Part shown: piece after piece, positions 11,701 to 24,340 of the stretch
Numbering within the stretch: the first letter of the stretch is position 1
Layout of the letters: each line of letters starts with the position of its first letter
Source of the DNA: Auanema rhodensis
Lineage: Eukaryota; Animalia; Nematoda
Direction of reading: 5' to 3'
Length of the DNA stretch: 64,000 bases
Assembly: GCA_964057225.1 (NCBI GenBank)
Contig: OZ059895.1
Location: 16,244,001 to 16,308,000 of the forward strand
Program-made: the position numbers and the translations under genes
Notes under the pieces: model-generated
The model's database searches: none
Seen by the model: only the letters and a program-made list of their open reading frames with translations
What the model was told of the DNA's origin: nothing

Positions 11701-14700
11701 GATCTCTGAGCTACCAGATACGATCCGACGTCTCGAACCGAGAGCTCAGGCTCCAGCCACGAGCATCATACCCTCTGCCTGCCTGACATTCGAACAACCT
11801 GCCAGCCTGCACCTAGCACTACAGCTCTTCAATCAACTACTGGCTTATCATTAATCTCTCCACCACAAACGTGGATCAGTTCGAAATCCAAAATTAATTC
11901 AAATTCGCTTCTAGCTATTCAATTCTGATCGCTCCAACTAATACTAGAGTACTTATTCAGTGTTATATTCATTCTACACTACCATATCCCAAAGCTGAAA
12001 TCTGATCAGGTAACACATGTCGTCTTTCAAAATTGAACAAATGAGAGATTAGTATGACGTAGAAGACATACTGTGTCAAATGAAGTTACAGTAGTAAAAC
12101 CTGACAGCATCCCAATAGAATTAAGGTAGAATGATATCACTACAGATTATAAGAGTTGTTTGAGAGAATGAACAAGAACTAGGAAATATTAAGAAAAAGA
12201 TTTAGAGAAAGAGACACACACATTATAGTTTCTATTCGACGGATCAGAAAGAAGCTAATCACTTCCAGTTTATTCCATCAGCATTATCAACCAAAATAAT
12301 ACTTTATTTATTCGAAAGCAATTCTCATTTGATATGCTACCCTCACATAAGTTTACTAGGCTGAGCTAATAATAGGTTTATCTAGCGAACAGCGGAGAAT
12401 GGTTGTCAAGGAGACTATATCACTTCATTAGATTTAGCTATAGTGATATGGATCCAGAGACAGAGTGTGAGAGCAACGGAGAGGATGAAAAGTGAAACAA
12501 AATTAGTACACAGTGACTGTGTCCCAAGTTCATCTACCTCCTCATATTCTATTCAATTTTACTGTATTTCTATCCGTTTTGAAATCGTGTCATTTTTCAG
12601 AATTATGGATATACTACAGAGCCTTTTTTCCTTAAAGCACGAAATCAAGGAAGATATGGTAGACGATGAGGTAATTTCATATTTGGTTTACATAATTGTT
12701 ATTTTTAAATTTTAGTTTGAATCTGGTAGTGATGAAGGTGAAGAAAATGCTGTAGAACCAGCAGCTAAGATAGCCAAAATACAGGAAACAGCCTTGAAAA
12801 ATGAAAAAACACGAAGGTTTAGGTTCAAAATCGAAATAGCAATAAGTTTATCGGAATTCAGGTGTAGGATACGTCCTGATCGAGGGAAATTCACCATACT
12901 TGACGGATCTCGAGTAGCTGACCCTGATGAAGTTTTAGAAATTGATTTCACTCCTGAATTATTACAAAAGATTTTTCAAGACTCTCGCGTAGGGTTAGTT
13001 ATTTGTAGACGGAAAAAACATAGTTTGACAATTCGAAAATGATTTCAGAATTCAATTTTTGGCCAGATATGGTATTATTCCTAATACACGAGAGTGCAAG
13101 ATCGATAATTGTCCGAAAGAGCAGTTCATGAGCTTGATAAAGCACGCAAACGGCTATGTTGTAAGATTTCTAGTGAAGACTAAAAATTTAATTTGAAATT
13201 CTTTTTTCAGTGGCGCTGCCGATCCTGTCGTAAACGAAGAGAAAGGAGAGTAATTACAAAAATTTCAGTATATGAAGGCACTTTCCTATTTTATTCTCGT
13301 ATGCCTATGAATAAGGTACATTTTTCTGATTTTGAACTGGCTTGTTAACATTTAATTTACAGTTTTTCATCTTCATGTTAATTTGGTCAGAAAACCCAGG
13401 ATTCACGGCTGCTGAATACAACCGATTGTTGGGAGAATTTCGGCTGGTAGAAGAAACTATCCACAACACAATCGGGTTTATAAAGGACCACATACAAAGC
13501 TGGTATTCAGGCTACAATCATGTACAAAAGCAATTTTCTGAATACAGGGTTCAACTGAAAGCATCGAGATGGCCAATTGGAGGAGAAGGGAGGACAGTGG
13601 AAATGATGGAAACTTTCCATACCGAAGATGTTAGTGCCAAACATCGAAACAGACGAGAACGCCATTTTACTATGCGGATTGTTCTCGTTTGTTGGGAAAC
13701 GAATGAGATTTCGATATGTGAATTCCCTGACAGACAGGTATTGTTATTCATCTCGAATATAAAAACTGATTTTACTTTTGCTTAGTTTACGCGTGAATTA
13801 CTAGAAAGCACTTTGTATAACAACGTCAAAGAGAAATCAACTGTCGTGATGCGAGATTTACTTCTCGAAAGATTCGGAGAGGTTTCTGAGGTTAGAAATC
13901 TTAAATATAAGTCAATTTTACTTAACAACAATGATTCCAGCTTAATCAGCTTTTCAATGGTATGTACTCAATCAAAACGATTGCTGATATCTGGATGGAT
14001 ATAAGCGAGGCTGAGAAAGACAAGTAAGCTTAAATAACACAAATATTTTCATTTGTTTCTCTTATATTATTTTTCAGACAGTTCATAAAAACATTAATGG
14101 AATCTGTACAATCAGCTGCTATTGTTGAGCCGTTTGCCTATGAGTATTACTTTAGAAGGACTTTCATTCAGAAACCCTTCAACAATTTGTTAAAAGCCAT
14201 ACGAGAACTTTATAGTTCGAATACTTGGACGAAATGAGACACTACGGGTCTTATTTGTAAAGAAAAATCGAAAAAAACTGTAATTGCAACTATATATTTC
14301 CGCAGAGATCTCTAGGTACTACCTCATCTCTTATAAAGTAGAGATTCACTAATAATTTCGAGTGTGATTTGGAAAAAACTGAATGTGATATCAAATTTTT
14401 AAAATTATTGTTATTCTTATATTGTACATCTAAACTTCCGATGCGGGTATCAACCGTTTTGAAAGAGTGATAATAAAATTTTCAATTTATCTGCACCTTC
14501 TCTCAATCTAGGCTTCAAGTATTTCACTCGAAGAACAATGCTAATGCTTAATCTTCTCCTTCATCCCCTCAACTTCTCTCCCTTTCAATCGCTATCCTCA
14601 TACATTTTATTATTAAAAGAAAAATAGATATCTAATATATATATATATATATATCTAGCTATCGCATGTGCTCCAAATGAAGAATAAGGGACATACCTGA

Positions 14701-16791
14701 GAGAGTCCTCAATAGCAGAGTGTAGGATGTTATTTGCCTTCAAAATACGGTCTCCGTCTTTGTTTAAAGACTGGCACAATAAAGATGCTTCACAATGTAA
14801 AAGACTCAAGCAAAGCCGAGCTCGAGAAAGACATGCTGTTTCATCAGACGAAGGAGAATTATGCTCACTTAGTCTTAGAAAATCATCAAAGTTACAAGAT
14901 ATAAAGTAGAAATTCAATATATTACCTCACGAGAATGGCAACTAAGCCAGAAGCAAAACTATCCTTGATGCAAGCTAAGTCAGGTTCTAAACCAACCTTC
15001 TCGTATGATGCGCAGCATTTCTTAACTGTCTGCACTCCTTCGAAGAAGACGGTGACAGAGCTATAAACGTATGAATAAAGCATTAAAACCAGTTGAATCT
15101 TACTCAGCCAGACCACTGGATATTCCAACTCCTAGTAAAGAGTCAAATTTCCCTCCTCTTTTCTCGAAAAGTGGATGTGGAGCAGGTGAGATCAGGCTTA
15201 ATCTATTTATAAAGTCATTCTCCAAAGTAGATAAATCTCGGGCAACGAGTGTCTAACAAACAATAATATTATTGAAATTTGATTTAATAGTTAATATTAC
15301 CTGAAACTTCTTCAATATCGTATCTCGGAAAAGATTTTGATATAATGATGAGTTAGACACGATCCGTGGCCAATTCTATAGAATTATCCAAATATAGCTG
15401 AGACTAATAAGCATTACTTACATCTCTAAAGACGGCACTTAAAGCTTGTAGAAACTCGATAATATCTTCTGATTTTTCGTAAAATCCACATATGGTAGAC
15501 ACGGTTTCATGAGTCAAGGAACATACACTAAAGAAGAAATTTGAATTTTTAATTCTTACTTTGAAACTCTATATACCTATCAACCCAAGTATTGCACTTA
15601 TCATTGATTTTTTGAGTTAACAGTTGAGATGATTTTCGTTCACGTTGGGATCTATTGAGTTTTTCTATCTCAGCAATCATCACGGATGAAAAAGATGAAG
15701 CTTGGTCACAGATCAAAGAATCGAACAAAGCTGAAGAAAGATTATTTTTATAACAAGAGACATCAAATTCTATCTGTACCTGGTCTAAATCCAGAAGTGC
15801 TTAAAGCTTGCATGTGACGAGATAAATCCCCTTGAGTAAATAGCTGTTCTATTGCGACTAATGTAGCTTTCAGATCATTAATAATAGAAAGTAAAGAGTT
15901 CGATTCATCTACTTGTTTGGCAATAAAATTCTAAAGAGAATGATTTTCCAGGTGAAAAACTTGAAACACAACCTTTCTTGCTGACAGGTATAAATCTAAA
16001 AGATGCTCCAAATCAACATTTTTTATAAGAGCCAGAGCTATAAGTTGATTTGTTACCCAATCAGGATGTGAAAGTTCCCCCAATTCGTGTTCCAAATTAG
16101 TTATTAAGGTACGTCTAGTACGAACTAAACGACCATTAATGGTTGATACGACTCGTTGCATCTAAACAAATTTTTTTTAAACGATCTAGAAAGGCTTGAA
16201 ATACCTCAGTTGGTAGATGTGCAGAAGCTAATTGCTTGTGGATATTTTCCGACAACAGTAAGGCAAAAGCATCACACAAGGCATCTCCCTCCTCATCACC
16301 TGGTAATATTATTGGATAAGCACAGATTTCAGAATACATCTTACCTATGAGAGGTAAAAGTCTATGAAGGGCTATAAACATCTGAACGTTATATTGCAAA
16401 TTACGGGAAACGGTTCTACATAATAATTGTTGAAGTAATTTTATTGAAGAATTAGGAAATACCTAGTATCAACTACACTATGAGTGTTTCTAGCTTGTCC
16501 TAATGCTTCTGCTAATGTTTCTGCTAACTGACGAACTTGACGAACCTGAATGAAGCGAATGAACGAAGTAAATTTAATTCTAGAAAATAACCTCAGTTGA
16601 AGCTTCAAGGACATCTCTGTATCGTCGTCCAACCATATCACGAAGCCCTTCTCTTTTACTTTCCATCTCAAGTCTATAACCAGATAAAGGGTCTTGAAGA
16701 GTTAAAAACAAAAATGAACATACTGAAGACTAGAAAATATATTTTCCAGTTGTTCAATCGTTAAATCTCTCATTAACCTGTCCACATCCAT
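8706..16791 (-). CDS. cogc-1: Conserved oligomeric Golgi complex subunit 1 (COG1); multi-exon with a 4.93 kb intron (9767-14696)
   Basis: N-terminal Vps51-type motif EMESKREGLRDMVGRRYRDVLEAS and C-terminal ESHIDPFD. The frame is continuous across the large intron (EDSLS|KYACLL). Confidence 0.88.
12605..14237 (+). CDS. Merlin/IS1595 (ISXO2-like) transposase-derived protein, about 395 aa, 10 exons, nested antisense in the COG1 intron
   Basis: Spliced frame is open and contains IQFLARYGIIPNTRECKIDNC...WRCRSC (zinc ribbon), ISVYEGTFLFYSRMPMNKFFIFMLIW, IGGEGRTVEMMET, EFPDR...LLESTLYNNVKEKSTVV and YEYYFRR...PFNNLLKAIRELY. These match Merlin transposase blocks in the expected order. No TIRs or TSD were seen. 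Confidence 0.8.
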
Positions 16792-17005
16792 CTGTAGTTT
16801 CGAAAAAAAAACTGTTAAATCATGAAATTCGTGTGTAAGCTTCTATAGTTAAGGTAGTCAAGAGCTATATAAACTCTGTAGTTTAAATTAAAAAAAACTC
16901 CTTACGGTTTCAAAATTTAATTGTCACATACAAATTAATAAATAAAATGATGAGATTGAGCAAGAAAGTAAATATTATAAAAAGAACCAAAGTTCTAAAA
17001 AAACA

Positions 17006-18299
17006 TCAATCTTTCCCATAAAGTTGAAACATTGTTAGTGGCCTCTCTTGCTCTCTCCAGCAACCTGAAGATGTTGTTTATGAACTACATAAGTTTAACT
17101 TCAACTTACTCTCTTAAAGTCATCCATTCGAGTAATATTGTTTGGCAAACCGAAAAGTTTGAGATCTGTTACTTCGGTAACTTCTCCGTCCTCTTGATTA
17201 TTTTCGATAAATAATTGTAAACTATGGACATTTTGGAATTTTACGTACTTCAATGGCAGAAGTTCCCCGGATTCTGAGACATAGATTTTATTATTAACAA
17301 TCTCTTTACTAAAGTTTACCTCCAGCAGTTTTGCCGAATTCAAGAATTTGAGTGGGCTCTAACCCTTGAGCATCGTCGAAGTCCAAAGCTCTTGGCAAGT
17401 TGATAAATAAACGTACAATCTTTGGAGTTTTTCCTCCATTACCCTGAAATACATTATGTTTCAAAATTTCAGCAAATAATAACACCGAAAATAAAAAAGA
17501 AAAAAAATAAGAAAAAATAAGCATTTACTCTTTAAAATTACCTTGATAAAAACTGAATGAAGCTTAACAGGTTGCTTGAATGGAATACCGAGAATAAGTT
17601 GTTCATCACAATCTGACCGGAGAATAGGATGACTTCCTGAAGCATTTGGTCAGTTTTGAAAAGAATGGATTCACCAGAACATACCTCCCAGGAAAGTTTC
17701 GGCAGGTGTGTCATCGCAAGCATTCAAGCATTCCACCTGGGAAAGCATAATATTTCCACCAAGTTGAACAAAGCCAGGAACCTATTCAAAAACCATTAAT
17801 ATGAGACAAATACAAAATTGTATACCATATTAGAATCGGCTTGACTCCAGTCACGGATAATTTCTTCCAGACGTGCAGCATTGGCACCCTTGAGAGAAGT
17901 CACAACATTTCTTAAAAACAAACATATTGAAAATGAAATAAAATTTCATTTTACCCATTAATGTACACAAAGAAAGATGGGAAAGCCGTAACGCCCGCGT
18001 TAGCAGATGCAGCTATATAATAGTTGATTAGGGTAAATTAATGCATGCTCGGTTACCTTCACAGATTCTGTTATCAGCTTCAAGGAACAGCATTTGAGAA
18101 CTGTATGTATCGGAAAGACTGTAGAAAGCGGGAGAAATGTTCTTACAAGCTGGACAACTGAAAACAAGTTGAAATAAATTTAGCACGTTCCATGCACAAC
18201 ATACCGTTCCATAGTATACATAACAATCACCGGCTTAGCACCAGCAGATCCCATTTTACTACGGAAATCTTCATCAGACTTGCAAACATAGACAACCAT
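17006..18299 (-). CDS. txl-1: Thioredoxin-like protein 1 (Trx + PITH domains)
   Basis: Trx domain with CPAC and cis-Pro (AFPSF). PITH motifs [47 protein letters not shown] and RMDDFKR. Confidence 0.93.
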
Positions 18300-18881
18300 T
18301 CTGATATAACTCAGCTATACTGTAAAACAATGATAATTTTCACGTTTAGTACTTGAGAAATAAGTAAGATACACAAGACAATTTGAAAATGTCATCGTTT
18401 TTTTCTATCATGTAACTTGGACAATAAAAGTAAAAGTTCGTATGAGACTTTAGTCATAATAGAAGTGGATTCCGTAAATTATCTACATTCTATATTTTCT
18501 AATAGAAATGCTAAAACAATCGTAAATTATACAGAGTCTCTTGGCGTTATTTGGTAATAAAGTTGTGCTAGCGAGACGTGGAAACTTCCCATGACGGTTG
18601 ATTGCGTATTTTTCCATGCGTTCGATATTCGGTTGTTTTTAATGGCCTGAACCTCGTGCTTTTTAGTGTTCCCTTAATTAAATTTTTTTATAAAATAAAT
18701 CATTGAATACTCATTCAAATTCTACATATAATAGATATATCAGAAAATTTTTTAGTCATCTTGTTATAGCCAGTAAACTTTGATGTGCTGTATTTATTAT
18801 TGGTCCCAGAAACAATCTATATATTTATATATATCATATATAGGTTGATAAGTTGGTTGCGAAAACATCTTGTTCCGCAGG
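18300..18881. promoter_or_regulatory. Putative bidirectional promoter between txl-1 and adpr-1
   Basis: Head-to-head ATGs about 580 bp apart. Inferred from the layout only. Confidence 0.5.
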
Positions 18882-21504
18882 ATGGACTCCCTGCTAAGCA
18901 GGCGTGAAACCTTTGGAGGCTTCAAGCCTATCATTCCTGATGAGTCCGCTATGATAGAAAGATTAGGTAACACTGAAACACTTCAGGTACTATTTTGTAA
19001 TTATTCCACATAAAAGCTTCTGTTTAGGCTCATGAAGGTTGTGTCAATACCCTTCGCTGGAATAACAGTGGAACGTAAGTCGAAGCTAGGTAGAAAGGAA
19101 AATATTTTGTTTTGTTACGTATAGATTACTGATCTCTGGATCTGATGATAGAATGCTTAAGCTATGGACGGTGGATGGAACGTTGGTTAAGTCTATTTCA
19201 ACTGGCCATCGAGGAATAATTTTTGCTGCTGAATTTGTTCCATGTGGTAAAGATCAAATTATTGCTTCTGGAGCTGGAGATCATTTGGCAAAACTTCATG
19301 ATCTTGAAATGGATGGTGAATAAGCTCGAAGTAATCGATATTTTTCGTTCTATTTTAGAAGTTTTGTGTACATGGGCATGCAAGGGAAGAGTAAAAAGAA
19401 TGGCGACAGCTCAAGACGATCCTTTTCTGTTCTGGTCATCATCCGAGGATGGATTGATAAGGTTTTACCTAGCCTCTTAAACTCGACGATTTTCCGAGTT
19501 CAGACAGTACGATGTCCGTACTAATAACATGAACGAGATCATTCAAGTTGGAGATGATGTGCCTATTAAAACTTTCGCGATTTGTCAAGGTAGAACTGAA
19601 CTGGTATGTATTTATATATTCAGATTACAAATAAATCATGAAAAGAATAGGAATGGTGGGTTCTTTCTAGTTCGATCATATGTTTATTCTATTTTTATGT
19701 TATCAGTAACTTGCAAATTGCAAATACAACCGTTCACCATTTCAAATAGTTTTAAAATGATTTCTTAGACTTCTCCTTGAAATATTATATTGTTTATTTT
19801 TTAGCTTAATATTTGTTAAAAGTTGGGAAGGGAATGATATATGTTTTTTTTTATATATTTGCTGAATCATACTTATTTTTATGACTTATTTGATTTTAAG
19901 GTTGCTGTTGGAAGTGAAAATCATACTACCCCTCTGTATGATCGTCGAAGACTTGATAAGCCGTTTATGACTCTGGCCACTGGTATATATTCATTCCAAA
20001 TGTTCCAACTTGCCTTTATCTTTGCCAGGTGATTCACAAGCGAACCGAGCTCCTCGACTTGTGTTTACTACTCATCTTGCTTTCAATTATATGGGAACAG
20101 AAATCATTGTGAAATGAATACAAAAAATATAATTGAATATTCAATTTGTTTATAGGTAAATCAAGGATGCGGACCTATTTACTTATATGATCTCAGTAAT
20201 CAAAGACCTACCGTACTACAACGTATGGAAACCGTTTTCAATAACGGTTGTGAAGGTTATACTCAATATCTATTCCAAAGGTAAAATATTTATTGAATTT
20301 CAGTGCCTCCAGCCCAACGGGTTTCTGAAAGTCGATCAAGTGTACTTGATGAAGCTAGGCGTTTACTTTCAGAAAAAAACTATACAAAGGTATGTTTCAT
20401 TTAGTAATTTCTGTTATGCTTCATTTAATGCCGAAATCAGGTTGTGGAAATAAATAATCGTCTGATTGCTGAAAACACATTTTTGAATATACATGATAAA
20501 TCAGCTAGTCTCTGCCAGAGAGGCAAAGCGTGTCTCGCTCGAAGATGGCCCGGGGACACATATGCAGCTATGAAAGATTTTTTAGAGGTTCATTTTTTCT
20601 TCACTATCGCCTTATAAAATTTTTATTTCAAGGCTGTTTGTATAAATCCTGGCTACTGCCGTGCTTTGTGGTGGCTCACAAGATCACTTATTCTTTTGGA
20701 GCAGTTTCGTTTAGCTGCTCGTTGTGTTGAATTGTTTAAAGGTAGATTTCCTGAAAGTGTTACTCCTTCTATTCTAAATTTGGAAGTTCAAGTAAGAATT
20801 GTTTTATTATATAATTTTAATTTTCTCTTGTCTGTTTATAGGTGCAGCAAGGATTACATGATCAGGCAGGTGATTACTCCTCTGACTTAAAAGATGATCC
20901 GCATTATCTCGATTATTATCGTATGTTCTGTTTTATATTTTCTCTATGTATTACGCTTTTTGAATTACTTTTAGAACGATTTAATGGACACGCTAATTGT
21001 CGTACGGACATCAAAGAAGCTAACTTTTTCGGATCACGTGACCAATATATTGGTATAATGTATCCGAATTTTGTTTCTTTACTCTGTTTGTTTCAGTTGC
21101 TGGTTCCGACAGTGGGAGTTTGTACATTTGGGATAGAAATACTGGTAATGTAAAGGTACGCTTTATGATCTATGATAACTGAAAAACAAAGTGTGATTTA
21201 GGCTGCCTTTTGTGCAGATGAAGAAATTTTGAACATAGTTCAACCACACCCAACAAAGTTTATGCTAGCTACATCTGGAATTGAAAATGTTGTTCGTTTT
21301 TGGGAGCCACTTCCCGAAGGACAATTTGTAAGAGATAAGGATATGTGAATCTGATTTTCATGTAAATCTTTCCAGGACATGAGGCGAATTGAAGATATTT
21401 ATGGTTTACATGATTACTCGCAAATTGCCTTTCTTGGGAATATAGCAGCAACAAGCTTCAGATTAGCCGCTGGCGAGATGGAAGGAGCATGTCGTGTTGG
21501 ATAA
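18882..21504 (+). CDS. adpr-1: WD40-TPR protein WDTC1/adipose (DCAF9)
   Basis: GHEGCVNTLRWN, LISGSDD, TGHRGIIFAAEF, GRVKR, FWSSSEDGLIRQYD, a TPR block, then FNGHANCRTDIKEANFFG, VAGSDSG, QPHP and LATSGIE. Confidence 0.9.
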
Positions 21505-21955
21505 TAAGTTTTTTGCGTGATTTAATCATTTGCTTGTACATACGTATAGAGAAAGATAAATTTTTATTTCTCGTAGCATTGAAGAAATTAGTTTGCTTCG
21601 AGATTCGCTTAATTGTATTTAAATTGTAAGAGGTAACTAAGAGAATAAATTTTATTACTTCTATAGGAAATTTTAAAAATCACAGAAATGATATAGAGAC
21701 GTAAAACAAGAAAAGCCAATATGATACCCGAATATCGCGGTTAAGAGAAAGAAAAAGGCACATTTTCAAAAAAAAAAAAAATTTTGAAAATTATGATCAT
21801 GTTTAGGAAACTAGCTTGCAGTGAAAAGTAGCAAGGTGTAATACTTTGAGCACAGAAAGAAAAATGTGTTTGAAACCCGTATCAGAAGGTAAAGTTATGG
21901 CACTGAAAAGTAACTTGCTCCAAAAATTGTGAGATTAGTTATCTTAAAAGCTTTT

Positions 21956-23958
21956 TTAGCACCGAACTTCCCATCGCAACAATGTGCGAGAATTTTCTTC
22001 CAATAAATCGACTAGCAGATGTGTATACAAAGGCAAAAATGACCTTTTGACTACCTGCAAAAGAAGAGAAGGTCATTAAAAAAAAATGGATTCAATTTTA
22101 CCTTATAATTCAAGCTATTTAAACCATCTCTTTGCCATCTTACAGCAGTTTTTGACATTAATTTATAACGACATCTAAACACACCATAGATTGAAAAATT
22201 GAAATGTTAAAGCTAGTAGAACTTACTTATTTACAGGATTGCTCCTTTCTTCCTTTTTATGTTTTATCATCTTATATTTAGCTATGGAAGCAGGGTAGCG
22301 CGTTATTTTTAATCCAGCTAGTTTAACTCTGGAAAAAAAGAGAAAAATTATATAGTAAACAGTATTAAGTTAAGGTTGATACTTAATGTTTATATAAAGA
22401 TATGAAAAATTTCATTAGTTTATATTTTGTGAAATGATTTGCAAAATTGTTTACTTCATATGAGAGAAATCGTCTTTCTAAATGTTGGGTCAACTAGAAC
22501 AGCACAAAGACATTGAGAAAGATAGAGGAGACATCTGTCGACAAAACGAGAATGCTAAAGCTGCTCTTAATCAAGAAATTTCGCGCTTTGTAAAGAACAA
22601 TTCTACCATTGAATAAGCCTAGCAATAACACGATTGTTTTCATAAGGGGACATAGAGAAAAGACTCTTCTTAGCTAATAAATTATTAACGGAAGTTGTCC
22701 TCGTCGCTTTGACATTTACAGAAAAAATTGCATAAAACTAACCTAGAAGACAAATCATCATCTTCACCACCCCATCCCCAGTAATCATTGGAGAAACCGT
22801 TAATCTGAATAAGCTGGTTAACGGTCAAGGCGCTAATTCCGCCAAAAATCGATCGATACGGCAGTCTGAAATGCATAACGTTAGGAAGCGATCGATGCTT
22901 GGCAACAGAAAAAAATAGCATAATGATATAGGGTTAAAAAGTGCCTAGGAAACATGAAAGGTGGGCAAAATAACATACTTGTATTTGAATTTATCTATAG
23001 CAACACTCATATGACGCGGTTGGACGGGGCATGTGTAAAGATTTCTATCGTCTTCCGGTAAGAGATCGACATCGTGAAATACGAAACATTCCCAGGGATA
23101 CATCTTCATTCCTTCTACAAAACCAACATTCATGAGCTGAAAAATGCAAAGTTAAAATTATTCAAAAAGCTAAACGTTGATTTACCTTTGCTCGGTTAAA
23201 TGTTTGATTAGCTATTTGCTCTACAACAATTATTGAATAATCTAGCTGCTGTTTAGTCAATAAAGAATGCATATTATGCAATAAAGTTCTTAAATGTTCA
23301 TCTCTATCTCGATATGGTACTACGATAGCAACCTATGAATAAAGAATTAGAAATATCTGGATATTGAAATGCTTACTCGATGGTTTGCAGTGCAATTGCT
23401 TGGCTGACTATGACCTCCAGCTTGAAGATGAGGATACAGCAATTGTAAAGCATCATGAGATGGTGCATCCTCCCATACTCTACATATGGTGATAAGCATA
23501 TATTTATCGATTTATAATACCGTATAGGTCCCACCAAATTTGGGGGTGTTGGAGGACAACTTTCTAGTGATGGATCTTGTCGATCCAGGTCCCACGTATG
23601 ATTAGACCATGGATCTTAAGATAGAATACTTAATTATGTTACATAAAGCTAACCAACCACTTGTTGTAGATATAGAATCGATGGTAGATGATTCTAGATT
23701 ATGGTCATTAAATACTATTGTAGATGGATGAGTTGCCGAATTTCTAAGTACTACTTCAAGAGGGTCTTCATATTCTTGAAAGTAAGAATCTGAAAAGAAT
23801 TCAACAAAATAGTAACAATTCTATTATTAGATAAACTTACTGATATCAAAACTCTCATAAATGGATGGATATTCGAATAATAGAAAATGTACAAAACCAC
23901 CAATCAAAAATGCTAATAGAAGTTTAACTTTCGAGGGAGGTGAAAATTTGGGACCCAT
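21956..23958 (-). CDS. bre-4: Beta-1,4-N-acetylgalactosaminyltransferase (GT7 family)
   Basis: Type II transmembrane N-terminus, then VAIVVPYRDR, FNRAKLMNVGF, FHDVD (DxD), PRHMSVA, FGGISAL and YWGWGGEDDD. Confidence 0.92.
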
Positions 23959-24340
23959 ACAAGGGATAGAGACTTCACCACATCAACAGCAATGTCTGAA
24001 ATAAACAACCAATACAAATTGAAAGATACAACATCAATCCTATGCAATTGAACAACTCGACTAGTTTTAAAGGCGGGTAGTGACCAACTATGTTTCAGCC
24101 CAACCAATTGGGCGGAGCTTCGCTGCAATATATGCGCAATAGTTTTAACAACTATGCCTCAGCTGCGCAAAGTAAACTTAATGCATGACAAATGTTTGAT
24201 TTTTCTGGTTTTGTTATGAAAAGGTTGATGTTCTATGTATAATTTTATAAGCATTAATTAGTATTCTGTTTTATTGTTAGAACTATAGGAATCTGTTTGG
24301 TTTTATGCGAAACTCATTTTAGTGTGTTAACGTCTTTCAT
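23959..24340. promoter_or_regulatory. Putative bidirectional promoter between bre-4 and CCDC124
   Basis: Divergent starts about 380 bp apart. Inferred from the layout only. Confidence 0.5.
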
